DNA of 64,000 bases from Shigella phage ESh19. The notes under the pieces were generated by a model. It ran no database searches and was not told the DNA's origin. It saw only the letters and a list, made by a program, of their open reading frames with translations. Where the stretch lies: the sequence record ON528729; one strand, given 5' to 3'. Numbering within the stretch: position 1 is the first letter of the stretch; each line of letters starts with the position of its first letter. The translations under genes were made by a program, and so were the position numbers. This document shows, piece by piece, positions 1 through 9,264 of the stretch.

Positions 1-216
1 ATCAGAGTACTCTTGAGTTTGCTTATCAATACAAACGTCAATCATAGCTTGGTGCATTTCTTTTGTTGTACAACCTTCATAGACACGCTTCATAGCTTCC
101 ATTACAACTTCTGACCAGATAATTCCTCTCTTGTCAGCCCATGAAGCCCATTTATTTAAACGTTCTGGTTCGAATGGTACAATTGTACCGTCTGATTTGC
201 GAATAGTGGTAATCAT
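1..216 (-). CDS. ribonucleotide reductase large subunit, N-terminal ATP-cone fragment (continues beyond window start)
   Basis: Minus ORF starting ATG at 216-214; translation MITTIRKSDGTIVPFEPERLNKWASWA resembles ATP-cone of class I RNR alpha (E. coli NrdA LLVTKRDGSTERINLDKIHRVLDWA). Confidence 0.5.
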   Translation of the reverse strand, partial: MITTIRKSDGTIVPFEPERLNKWASWADKRGIIWSEVVMEAMKRVYEGCTTKEMHQAMIDVCIDKQTQEYSD

Positions 217-235
217 TATATTAAATCCTACAGGT

Positions 236-260
236 GAAAAAGGGTCTCCGAAGAGACCCC
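236..260 (-). terminator. rho-independent terminator (stem GGGTCTC/GAGACCC, loop TTCG, then U-run on minus strand)
   Basis: Perfect 7-bp inverted repeat 242-259 preceded on plus by AAAAA (U-run on minus); sits after stop of 268..603. Confidence 0.6.
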
Positions 261-267
261 TTAGAGA

Positions 268-603
268 TTAAATGCTAAAAATCTTTTTACTTACCCAGAG
301 TTCAACGAACTTCTGTGATACTTTTGTCAGTGAACCTTTAGACATTGCATTCATGTACCAGTAACGCATACCATCATCGAATGCCATATCAAGTTTTTCA
401 CTAACATCATCTTCAAGTCGTGCAATTGAAAAGTTACCACGTACTTTGCAGACAACTCGTCCAAATTTGATATCACTGCGACCTTTGCAATCTTCAGTGT
501 ACATTACAAAGTCACCATGACGGAGTGTCTCACCAAACTTATCAGTGCCTAGTTCTTCACCAGCTTTGATTTCTTCTTTAGTTAACTTTTTAATTTTAGA
601 CAT
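268..603 (-). CDS. hypothetical protein (111 aa)
   Basis: ORF track; same strand and tight spacing with neighbours. Confidence 0.5.
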   Translation of the reverse strand: MSKIKKLTKEEIKAGEELGTDKFGETLRHGDFVMYTEDCKGRSDIKFGRVVCKVRGNFSIARLEDDVSEKLDMAFDDGMRYWYMNAMSKGSLTKVSQKFVELWVSKKIFSI

Positions 604-922
604 GATATCTATCCAAGTTTCGTTTCAAGTAAATCCACTGGTCATCTGTGCGCTCTACACCCATGAACAGTGGGGCTACAACAACTTTACCAAAAGTATT
701 TCTGTGCTGGCAAATCTCGTAAGAGTACGGTTTATCAATATTTAAGCCATACTTATACAACACTGCTGCTAATACTTGTTCATTATCCAGAATCGTTTCT
801 GGCTTCTCTCCGTACTTGTCTAACAGTGAATCATTCATAAACACTGTCATAGAGAGGTTGTAGTTGGAGAAGTGGCTTTTTGCCACCACTTCTTCACCTT
901 TATTAATGTTCTGTGAATCCAT
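596..922 (-). CDS. hypothetical protein (108 aa)
   Basis: ORF track; overlaps neighbours by a few nt as in phage operons. Confidence 0.5.
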   Translation of the reverse strand: MDSQNINKGEEVVAKSHFSNYNLSMTVFMNDSLLDKYGEKPETILDNEQVLAAVLYKYGLNIDKPYSYEICQHRNTFGKVVVAPLFMGVERTDDQWIYLKRNLDRYHV

Positions 923-1658
923 TATAACCGACTCCTTTCAACCACTGCTTGAGGTTGATTGCATCATAATTCAATTTCGGATATGAGGTTACATGGAACT
1001 TCTCACCATCATAGTACACAATATCCGCAAGCCATAATCCATTCTCACGGCAGAAGTCTTTATCTGCTTTTGAAGAGATTGGTTCAACTTTAGAAAAGTT
1101 TTTAATGCCAAGACTACCAAGACTTCCAATCAGTCCTTGGCAGATAACGCATGTGTCAGATGTTACCACAAATAATTCTTTTGCGTCAACTTCTGCAATA
1201 AAACTTTCAAGTTGAACTTTTGGAAGATTAGACTGTTTCATAATCTTACCATCAGACTTGCGAATAATCGCAAACCACTCTTTACCTTCGATGATTGATT
1301 GACGCAGGTAACATTCATCACCAGTACGTTTCTCAATATCAAACATTCGCTGTAAAGCTTCTTGATAGTCGTCTGTGTATTTGAGGTTGTTGTTTTCACA
1401 AACAGCCTTGATAGCACCATCATGGTCATGTTGTGTCAGGAAAATTAAACCGTCAAGTACATACTGCAAATCAGCTTGAGCATCAAGGGTCTCAACAGGG
1501 TCTTTGGATTCTACTGCTGCGACTAACTCTCTAGCTTCTTCAAGCATACACAGAGATTGACTTTTCAGTGATTCCCAATACTCTGTGCTGTATGGTTCTT
1601 TTGGATTATTGCCACAACGTAGATTCCAATTTTTTACGGATTCTCTGGAATTAAACAT
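903..1658 (-). CDS. hypothetical protein (251 aa); weak MazG-like motif (LEEARELVAAVE ... LQYVLDGLIF)
   Basis: ORF track; motif similarity only. Confidence 0.45.
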   Translation of the reverse strand: MFNSRESVKNWNLRCGNNPKEPYSTEYWESLKSQSLCMLEEARELVAAVESKDPVETLDAQADLQYVLDGLIFLTQHDHDGAIKAVCENNNLKYTDDYQEALQRMFDIEKRTGDECYLRQSIIEGKEWFAIIRKSDGKIMKQSNLPKVQLESFIAEVDAKELFVVTSDTCVICQGLIGSLGSLGIKNFSKVEPISSKADKDFCRENGLWLADIVYYDGEKFHVTSYPKLNYDAINLKQWLKGVGYNGFTEH

Positions 1659-1888
1659 TAAGCCTCCTTATCTTCAAACAACTTTTGTTGAGACTCAATA
1701 TAGTCCATTCGTTCTTTGAGTTCAACACGTTTGCTTAACAGATGTTGAATTTGTGATTCCAGAGCATCCATCTCAGCTTCTGTAGCTGACTTAGCTTTGC
1801 TGATAGTTTCCTTCAGTGCTGCTACGCCACTCTGGATTTTAGAAACATGGTCATTTTTGATTTTATTAAACATTTTAAACTCTCTCAT
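1658..1888 (-). CDS. hypothetical coiled-coil protein (76 aa)
   Basis: ORF track. Confidence 0.4.
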   Translation of the reverse strand: MREFKMFNKIKNDHVSKIQSGVAALKETISKAKSATEAEMDALESQIQHLLSKRVELKERMDYIESQQKLFEDKEA

Positions 1889-2375
1889 TAAGTTTCATGA
1901 TTTTAGTGATTCTCTTCTCAGCTTCATCATAAGTCTCTTTTGTAAGAAACTTGATTGCTGCAATGTTCGCATTGTAGAAGAGTCGAAGCTTAGAGTCAAT
2001 CCTTTTTGTCATGACGTCAAACTTATGTTGTAGGTTAGCTTCGCCATAAACCAAGCCACCTCGCGTATAGTAAGTCTGGATGATGTAGAAGTCAAACTCT
2101 TTTTCACCAAAAGATTCAATATCCTTCTTAATGTATTCAGAAGATGTTTGATAAGTCATCCAATCACTTTCTTTTGTCACGACTTTACGTCTGGTCTTTC
2201 CAGCAACCTTTCTCTTAGTGACGTTATTAAATTGTTTCTTTCCAATATAATATTGTCCAGTTTTCTTACAGTATACTAAATAGACAAAACCAAAATAGTT
2301 AGCGGGGTCAATTTCCCCGCACAGTGAAATCCAATGTCCATAAACAGGGCAATTTCCAAATCCTTTAATCTTCAT
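1875..2375 (-). CDS. GIY-YIG family endonuclease (166 aa)
   Basis: Motif GFVYLVYCKKTGQYYIGKK (GIY ... YIG spacing), downstream conserved R/E/N; RBS GGGAG before ATG. Confidence 0.6.
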   Translation of the reverse strand: MKIKGFGNCPVYGHWISLCGEIDPANYFGFVYLVYCKKTGQYYIGKKQFNNVTKRKVAGKTRRKVVTKESDWMTYQTSSEYIKKDIESFGEKEFDFYIIQTYYTRGGLVYGEANLQHKFDVMTKRIDSKLRLFYNANIAAIKFLTKETYDEAEKRITKIMKLNERV

Positions 2376-3405
2376 TCATAACTGGCTCCCAATTGTATTT
2401 TTTAAACGTAAAATCATCTTTAGGATTTCGTTCTTGATAAGCAATCCAGAAGTGCTGCTCCATTAGTTCTAGTGGAGTTCTTGTCACAATCTGACCATCC
2501 CACGATTCATAAGTATATGACTCTTTCTTAGCATAAAGTTCATAGATTGCGTCTAAGCACTCTTTGTAGGTAGTTTTACCTTCCAGTGCATTCATCACCG
2601 CAACTTTACCAGCACCTTTTAAACCGAAGTAGTTATCTGCATTATCACCTGCTACAGCTTGATAGCAGAGGAATTTAAAACCTACCCCGACTGTCTTCTT
2701 AGCTTTCGGTTTAGATTTGATAGGGCAATCCCAAATCTCACCAACGTTATTATCTGCAATGAAAATTAATGGAGATTTCTCGTAAGTCATATCAATACAG
2801 TAAGTTCCTTCAGCTTGACGAAGGTCTTTATCAATACTCATCAGAGCAGCTTTTTTACCCATCTTCTCAGCTTTTGCAATAACGATAGAGTCTGCTTCGA
2901 AGCCCCCCTTTAGGAGCTTAAACTCTGGTCGTGACAGAAGATACTCACGACAAGCAACTAGGTGTGTAGGTGTTACAGCTTCTTTTCTGTTACCTTGGTA
3001 TTGGTGTTCAAGACCTTTGATATCCTTGTGTTTGTGAACACCTTTCTCAGTAAGGTAACCCATCCATTTGCGTTCTTTACCAACGACTTTCAACCACTCC
3101 TGAAGAACTTGCTGTGTAGCCATAATTGCTTCAGCTTCACTCTTAGCTTCTTTCCAAGTCTGTCTTTCCCATTCATCTTCATCAAAGTCAAGTCCTAACT
3201 CTTCAGTTAAAACTCTTTGGTCAGACAACCATTGTGCTGCCAGTTTTGCACTATCAAAAGCGTCGGATTCTTCAGCAGTGATTTTATTCACATACTTGTA
3301 CTTTGCTTTTTCAACTACACAAGCACCTTTGTAAGCAATGCTATCAGAGTCAATAAAGACGTGTGTAACGCTCTCTGGGAGCTTTGTTAAGGTGTATTGT
3401 TCCAT
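2365..3405 (-). CDS. 5'-3' exonuclease / flap endonuclease (FEN/RNase H-like)
   Basis: VFIDSDSIAYKGA matches N-terminal nuclease motif of 5' nucleases; GDNADNYFGLKGAGKVA matches H3TH motif; start refined to ATG 3405 with RBS GGAGAG (upstream ATGs lie inside terminator hairpin). Confidence 0.6.
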   Translation of the reverse strand: MEQYTLTKLPESVTHVFIDSDSIAYKGACVVEKAKYKYVNKITAEESDAFDSAKLAAQWLSDQRVLTEELGLDFDEDEWERQTWKEAKSEAEAIMATQQVLQEWLKVVGKERKWMGYLTEKGVHKHKDIKGLEHQYQGNRKEAVTPTHLVACREYLLSRPEFKLLKGGFEADSIVIAKAEKMGKKAALMSIDKDLRQAEGTYCIDMTYEKSPLIFIADNNVGEIWDCPIKSKPKAKKTVGVGFKFLCYQAVAGDNADNYFGLKGAGKVAVMNALEGKTTYKECLDAIYELYAKKESYTYESWDGQIVTRTPLELMEQHFWIAYQERNPKDDFTFKKYNWEPVMNED

Positions 3406-3420
3406 TGTACTCTCCATACG

Positions 3421-3450
3421 AAAAAGCCCCATACGTCTGTACAGGGCTTT
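3421..3450 (-). terminator. terminator-like hairpin (AAAGCCC...GGGCTTT, U-run on minus)
   Basis: Inverted repeat between stop of 3468..4328 and start of downstream gene. Confidence 0.4.
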
Positions 3451-3467
3451 GTAGTAGTTACTGACTA

Positions 3468-4328
3468 TTACTCGTCGTCAGTTTCGAAATCATCTTCGTC
3501 GTCATCATCTGGGTTTGGTAGGTCGTCATCATCGTCATCACCACCTTTACCTTCATCACCAGAATCTTTTGCATCTTCTTCAGTGATTTCACCGTTATCT
3601 TCAACACCCGCAAGGCCAAGCATTGCCAGTTCATCTTCATCCAGTTCGGTTTCAGTAGCACCACCAGTACCACCAGTGTAAGGAACCAGAGTATCAATGA
3701 TGAATTGTTCCTGAATTGGCTTGGTCAGAACGTTACCTTCAAAAGTGTAGAAGTGAGTCGCCAGAATCACACTACCAAATGAACCGTTACCGACTGCAAT
3801 ATCTGGATGAATTACATCGTAAGTCTTGTCATCATCATGTTTGTCAGATTTTGCTGCCTTGATTTTCTTCATAGGCTGCTTAACTGCAACACGTTTACCG
3901 TTGATTTCTTCAACCAGCATTACAGGGAAACTCTGTTTTGCTGACCAAACAGCACCATCTTTGTATGCTGCTGAACGGCTAACCTTCAGGATGTGATAGG
4001 TTTCAGCTTCGAATGGAGGCTCACAACCAAACTTCTCTTCGAAGTCATCTGCATCAACAGCCTCTGTAGTAACTTTATCCCAACCTTCAGGATTCTTCTT
4101 AGTCTTGGTGAACTCTTTAAAGAGCTTGTTACCATCTTTTGCCAGAATTGAAACGCTGTAGTTACAATCTTTGCCCGGAAAATGCTTATCCACAGATTTA
4201 CCCTTTTGAGGGCGTGGAATAGTGTTCAGGTAATAGAACCAAACATCTTTCAGCAGGTAACGCAGAGTCTCACGTTCTTGACCATTGTACTTCTCTACCG
4301 GAGCTTTCATTTTAACAACTTTAGACAT
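3468..4328 (-). CDS. putative ssDNA-binding protein (acidic C-terminal tail)
   Basis: C-terminus DDDDDDLPNPDDDDEDDFETDDE typical of phage SSBs; located beside primase-helicase and exonuclease; RBS AAGAGG. Confidence 0.4.
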   Translation of the reverse strand: MSKVVKMKAPVEKYNGQERETLRYLLKDVWFYYLNTIPRPQKGKSVDKHFPGKDCNYSVSILAKDGNKLFKEFTKTKKNPEGWDKVTTEAVDADDFEEKFGCEPPFEAETYHILKVSRSAAYKDGAVWSAKQSFPVMLVEEINGKRVAVKQPMKKIKAAKSDKHDDDKTYDVIHPDIAVGNGSFGSVILATHFYTFEGNVLTKPIQEQFIIDTLVPYTGGTGGATETELDEDELAMLGLAGVEDNGEITEEDAKDSGDEGKGGDDDDDDLPNPDDDDEDDFETDDE

Positions 4329-4379
4329 TTTAATACCTCTTTCTCAAATTAACTTTTAACTCAACTATCAAGGAGTACA

Positions 4380-4408
4380 ATCTTACAGACTTCGTACTCC
4401 CTTGTCAA
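4380..4408 (-). promoter_or_regulatory. sigma70-like promoter (TTGACA-N17-TAAGAT) for SSB-like gene
   Basis: Minus-strand reading of 4380-4408. Confidence 0.5.
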
Positions 4409-4413
4409 ATACT

Positions 4414-4551
4414 TTAAGCAGATTTCTTAGCTGCTTTACGAGCCGTCTTACCTGTACGTACCCGCTTCTGTACATAGTGTTCAGCAGATTTACCAGCAGT
4501 TGCTTTCATGGAATCGCCAAATACTTTCTCGAATGCTTTAGAATGTTTCAT
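4414..4551 (-). CDS. small basic protein (45 aa, Lys/Arg-rich), not in ORF track
   Basis: ATG at 4551 with RBS GGAGAG 5 nt upstream; translation MKHSKAFEKVFGDSMKATAGKSAEHYVQKRVRTGKTARKAAKKSA. Confidence 0.35.
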   Translation of the reverse strand: MKHSKAFEKVFGDSMKATAGKSAEHYVQKRVRTGKTARKAAKKSA

Positions 4552-4829
4552 GAATCTCTCCGATATATTTCATATTCAAAATGTTTATTAGTCAAGGTAA
4601 AGATGTAAACTGTGGACAAATTATCAATTGCTAATGCAAACATCTCAACATTGTCTTTTGATATATGTTCAAACTTTACTTTATGTCCCTTGTTGATGAG
4701 TACTTTACCGAACTGTTCTATCTTAGTCAAGCACTCATTTACAAATTTTTCTCTACTTTCTTCTGAATAGAAGGGTTCAAAACCCTCCTTCAGATAACTA
4801 TCAATCAGTTTCGAACGGACAGTCATCAT
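4548..4829 (-). CDS. hypothetical protein (93 aa)
   Basis: ORF track. Confidence 0.45.
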   Translation of the reverse strand: MMTVRSKLIDSYLKEGFEPFYSEESREKFVNECLTKIEQFGKVLINKGHKVKFEHISKDNVEMFALAIDNLSTVYIFTLTNKHFEYEIYRRDS

Positions 4830-6792
4830 TATCCTCGTTAATCACAGGTGGAATGGTAGAACTTTCACGTTGCTCTTGTGTGTAAATCTCTCCAGATTCA
4901 CGGTCAAAATCAACATCTTCATAGTGTGGCATAGAGTCATCGTAATGGTCTTCAGCCTCACCAATACCAAACTGCTGACGAATATTCTCTGCTGCACCAT
5001 CAATATCAACACCACATCCAGCAGCCTTTACAAGACGACCTGTATCTGGATTATACCAAGTGTGACCAGCAATACCAGTTGATTTACCATGACGACGACA
5101 TTTCGTTAACTTGATTTTTGTCAAGTTCTTTTTAACAGGGTCTGGGTCAACCTTGTTACGCATAAGCAAAATGTTGTTCATGGAAATCTGGAAGTATGCA
5201 CCAGAACCCTTGATATCTTCTTCAGAAATATCACCACCTTCAGAGTTGGCCTTTTGACCACCTGCACTCTTACGAACGTGACACACGTTTACCTGAGCAT
5301 ACTGGTAACGCTTACAGCGACGAAGTAACTCAGACAGAACTTCCTCTTCATCTGTATCAGAGCGTGACAGCGCCAATGTAATAGGGTCAAGGATGATAAT
5401 CTTACAATCAAGACTGTTAACCAGATAGTCAACAAACTCCAGCAGGTTATCTTGGTCAATTGCCCCTTGGTGGTCTACGATGTGAATACGACGACCTTTT
5501 GACAACTCAGCATGTGCAACCTTAATCTCATCCCAATTACGCTCATCGTAAGGAATCTCTGAAATCTGCTTACTAAGATGGATTGCACAGAGCATTTCCA
5601 TAAGTTCTTCGTAAGTATCTTCTACAGGAATTACACCGATGTTGTACTCAGTATCTTTCCATGCTTTGTAAATCATCTCACGAGTATATGCAGATTTACC
5701 TACAGATGAAGGTGCAGCAAGGGTTGTAATCTCACCTAAACCATACCCGCCATAAGTCAGCTTATTCAAATCCCCGAAAGAATCTGGGAAAGGAATTAAA
5801 GGAATCTGACCACGATTCTTCATAGCATCGAAACCATCTGCAAAGTTCTTGATACCAGCAGGGCAGTAACGAGGTGCATTGTAGATTCGTTGTTTAAATC
5901 CTTCTAAGACTGTATCTTTGTCTTTGAAGAACTTAGTCCACCACTCACTAAGGTCTTTAATACCTTCAGGATACTGGAACAGTCTTACTTTCTCAATAGG
6001 TAAGATACCAGCAGCTTCCTTAGTTGCTTTAGCCCCTGCTTCATCATTATCAAAGCATAGGTAAATCTCATCAAAGGAAGTAATATACTGATAGTTCTCT
6101 TTGATAGACTTAACATTAGCACCAGATGGTACAGAAACGTGGCAGTAATTCTTACGTCTAGACTTATCTTTAATTGCTAAAGAAGTCATGTAGATTGCTG
6201 TAGCACATTCCATCTCACCTTCCCAGATGAAAAGACGGTTACCACCTTCTGGAGCAATCCATGAACCGAACATAGCCAGTTCACCTTTAATATCTCCGAC
6301 ACCACCAGAAAAGTCTTTCAACTTCCCACGTAAGTGCTCTTTGTGATAGTCATCTGGATATTTGTGACGAACACGATAACCTACATGTTGCAACTTACCA
6401 TCTTCATCTTTTTTGTATGTTGGATAGAAATGTGCATCAATGTCGCCATTATCGTCAATATCAACTTTAATACCAAGACGCTCAAGGACTTTTGCAGGAA
6501 TCTTCCTGTCTTTTAAATCCATTGCTTCTAGGTTTTCTTTCACATCATCCAAATCCATACCACGAAATGTACGGTTTTTATTCTCTGAACCTGAAGTATG
6601 AGTACTCACAATCTGCCCTTTATCAAAATCCCACTCTGGAAAACCTTTTCCACAACTGAAACATGTCATTGAATATGAACCGTCATCATGACGATATATA
6701 GAACCTGCATCTGAAGATAAACATTGAGGGCGTGGACATGCACAGTGACCTACAAATGTTCCAGCATCTTTCAGTTTTCTCTGTTTAGCCAT
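4801..6792 (-). CDS. DNA primase/helicase (T7 gp4-like fusion)
   Basis: N-terminal Cys cluster (CACPRPQC...CFSC) zinc ribbon, TOPRIM-like region, C-terminal DnaB-like Walker A LAAPSSVGKS and Walker B IIILD; RBS AAGAGGTG. Confidence 0.8.
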   Translation of the reverse strand: MAKQRKLKDAGTFVGHCACPRPQCLSSDAGSIYRHDDGSYSMTCFSCGKGFPEWDFDKGQIVSTHTSGSENKNRTFRGMDLDDVKENLEAMDLKDRKIPAKVLERLGIKVDIDDNGDIDAHFYPTYKKDEDGKLQHVGYRVRHKYPDDYHKEHLRGKLKDFSGGVGDIKGELAMFGSWIAPEGGNRLFIWEGEMECATAIYMTSLAIKDKSRRKNYCHVSVPSGANVKSIKENYQYITSFDEIYLCFDNDEAGAKATKEAAGILPIEKVRLFQYPEGIKDLSEWWTKFFKDKDTVLEGFKQRIYNAPRYCPAGIKNFADGFDAMKNRGQIPLIPFPDSFGDLNKLTYGGYGLGEITTLAAPSSVGKSAYTREMIYKAWKDTEYNIGVIPVEDTYEELMEMLCAIHLSKQISEIPYDERNWDEIKVAHAELSKGRRIHIVDHQGAIDQDNLLEFVDYLVNSLDCKIIILDPITLALSRSDTDEEEVLSELLRRCKRYQYAQVNVCHVRKSAGGQKANSEGGDISEEDIKGSGAYFQISMNNILLMRNKVDPDPVKKNLTKIKLTKCRRHGKSTGIAGHTWYNPDTGRLVKAAGCGVDIDGAAENIRQQFGIGEAEDHYDDSMPHYEDVDFDRESGEIYTQEQRESSTIPPVINEDNDDCPFETD

Positions 6793-6985
6793 TCACACCT
6801 CTTCGTTGTAGTTCTGCCTTAAGACCGTTTTCAATCTTATCAAGCTCATGGATTTCTTCTGCAATCTCTTTCCTTCTTGAAGCGACCCTTTCAAGTCGCT
6901 CCATCATAACTTCTTTGGAAAGAGATGAGAGTTCCACTGTACGGTGGTCAATTACTTTAAAGTTATTCTCTCTCATCTTCAACAC
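6785..6985 (-). CDS. hypothetical protein (66 aa)
   Basis: ORF track; RBS AAGGTG. Confidence 0.45.
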   Translation of the reverse strand: MLKMRENNFKVIDHRTVELSSLSKEVMMERLERVASRRKEIAEEIHELDKIENGLKAELQRRGVNG

Positions 6986-6988
6986 CTT

Positions 6989-7729
6989 TTATAGATTGAT
7001 AATGGTTTTAAGTTTACTCTCTAACTCTTCCATCGTTCCGTTATTCTGGATAATATCACGGGAGAAGTTAGTGGAGATACCACGTTCAGAGCTATGGGAA
7101 GCCACCTGAATAGCATCTTTTCTTGTAATCTCAATTATCTGGCTATCATAGCTTTGAAGGAACTCAGCTTCAATATCAAATCTTAAATCACATACCAGTG
7201 CAATACCTATGTGACTTTTCTTAACGCAATCACCATAGAATTTTTCAATACGTTCTGCCAAATCTGTAATCCAGAAACGCTCTCCAAGAATTTTACGGAT
7301 AACCTCACTACCCCAGACTTGCTGTATTTGTCTTGAGGAAATCATATATTCATTTTTCAAACCAAGCTTTGTAAGCAATGTTGGCTTACCAACTTTCTTT
7401 AACTCTTTGATAAGTCTGTCTGTGATTTCCCCACAAAGTTTTGCATCATCTTGTATACCCTTGCTTTTCATGTTTATATTGAAAGCCCATGCCACACGAG
7501 AGTTAAGGTTGTCAAAATCTAAGCTAAACTTTTTAGGCGTTTCTTTCGTATCACCATATAGGTCGTGCCAGTTTAAGTCAAAGATAAACCCAGCAGTTGC
7601 TTTTAAGTTATCGGCAAACGCAAACACTTTAACAGTGTATCCAGCCTCATTCAATAGATTTTTTACAATGCTGCAAGACGTATCCTTTCCAGAACGAGCT
7701 TTTCCAGTAAATGCAATAACACTTTTCAT
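6989..7729 (-). CDS. deoxynucleoside monophosphate kinase
   Basis: MKSVIAFTGKARSGKDT matches T4 gp1 dNMP kinase P-loop (MKLIFLSGVKRSGKDT); start refined to ATG 7729 with RBS GGAGTGA. Confidence 0.6.
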   Translation of the reverse strand: MKSVIAFTGKARSGKDTSCSIVKNLLNEAGYTVKVFAFADNLKATAGFIFDLNWHDLYGDTKETPKKFSLDFDNLNSRVAWAFNINMKSKGIQDDAKLCGEITDRLIKELKKVGKPTLLTKLGLKNEYMISSRQIQQVWGSEVIRKILGERFWITDLAERIEKFYGDCVKKSHIGIALVCDLRFDIEAEFLQSYDSQIIEITRKDAIQVASHSSERGISTNFSRDIIQNNGTMEELESKLKTIINL

Positions 7730-7786
7730 ATCGTTCACTCCATAATAAAAAGCCCCCAATTAAGGAGGCTGAAGGGTATGCCACAA

Positions 7787-8581
7787 TTATTGTAGTTGAG
7801 AACCAGTGAGTTCACGCTCAGACATTGCTTCTAGCTGCTGAACAAACTCTTCACCGAAGTTGATTGCAATCTTGGTGCTAAGGACTGCTGCACCAGTTTG
7901 GCTAAATACATCCCCTAGTGCTGCTGTATGAGCACCTTGTGAAATGCTCTCTACAAAGCTTGGGTCAGACTCTAACATTTTTGACACTTCAAGTAAAGCA
8001 TGAATACCCATGATACTAAAGATAGCGTTTAACAGTGAAGTTACCTTAACCTGAATAGGGTCTAAAGAGAGACCATTAGTAATCTCTGACAGCTTATTCA
8101 TTGTCTCATCAGCGTACTGAATTGCCTTGTCAGAGACTTCATCAAAGCCCCAATCCAGTTTTGCATAACGTGGTGACTTATCATTCATACGCTTCTCTAG
8201 CGATGCCATTACAGCAGCAACTGGTGTACAAATACCTTTCAGAAGGTCTTCATCACTCATGTTATCAAGCTCTTTAATACCCTTCTCAGTAATCTGGATG
8301 TATCCACCTGAATACATTTCATCAAAGATGTATGTTGCAAAGGCATCAACACCAATGAGGATGGTTTTCAGAGCATCAGTCTTATTAGCCAGCAGGTATT
8401 CAACCTCTTTACGGAAATCTTCGTCATTCTCTACAGCGTTTTCTACAACACGCAGAGATTCAGGGATAAATTTTCCTGACAGTGAGTTGCTACGCATAAT
8501 GATAGCAAGAGTCTCAACAGTGTTCAGCATGAATGCTTCGTCAATACCTTTTTCTTCCAGAATCTCATTTACAGTTTTCAT
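7787..8581 (-). CDS. hypothetical protein (264 aa)
   Basis: ORF track. Confidence 0.5.
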   Translation of the reverse strand: MKTVNEILEEKGIDEAFMLNTVETLAIIMRSNSLSGKFIPESLRVVENAVENDEDFRKEVEYLLANKTDALKTILIGVDAFATYIFDEMYSGGYIQITEKGIKELDNMSDEDLLKGICTPVAAVMASLEKRMNDKSPRYAKLDWGFDEVSDKAIQYADETMNKLSEITNGLSLDPIQVKVTSLLNAIFSIMGIHALLEVSKMLESDPSFVESISQGAHTAALGDVFSQTGAAVLSTKIAINFGEEFVQQLEAMSERELTGSQLQ

Positions 8582-9005
8582 CTTTAATCTCTCTCATTTT
8601 GTTAATAGTAAGTCGTGATAATCTTAAGCTTTCTTGTGAAGAGAAGTCAAGTCCTTTTTCAGACCGTGGGAAGTAATTTCTGTCCCAAGTATTCTCTGCA
8701 TCCTGAAGCAGTTGGGATAGACTATCTAAGTCCGTTCCATTTTGCAACTTATTTTTTAAGGTATCTATCAAAAAGATTGTGTCTTTCGCTTTACGTCTTT
8801 CTGAAGATATCTCTTTCATGTGCTCAAATACCGAGCACTTTAAACCTTCGTCATATCCACTTGATAGTTCTATCTCATGCTGAACATCAACCATTCGACG
8901 ATGTTGATAAGCATACTCCTTCTGAGCCTCAATGTAAAGTGCTTCAACTTTTTCTAAAGCTTGGACAAGGTTATTGATATCTGGGTGAACGTACATCCTC
9001 TGCAT
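8565..9005 (-). CDS. hypothetical protein (146 aa)
   Basis: ORF track; RBS AGAGG. Confidence 0.5.
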   Translation of the reverse strand: MQRMYVHPDINNLVQALEKVEALYIEAQKEYAYQHRRMVDVQHEIELSSGYDEGLKCSVFEHMKEISSERRKAKDTIFLIDTLKNKLQNGTDLDSLSQLLQDAENTWDRNYFPRSEKGLDFSSQESLRLSRLTINKMREIKDENCK

Positions 9006-9264
9006 GATTGCCTCTGTTAAGTATCTATAAAGATTTTAATCTCTTATCTTTATGTATGTTATACATATAACTTTAAAGATTTTTAAAAGCTATTAAAAAT
9101 CTTTTAAGACTTTTAAAGAAACTGTATAGTTAATCTATAAAGGGAGTCTATTAAGATAAAACCCACTTCGAAAAGACTAACACCTTGTCAAGTAGTTTGT
9201 CAACTTGCTTTTTGAAGAAAATTGCTGTAGGGTATTATCCAGAATGATTTGAGAGGGAGTAAAA

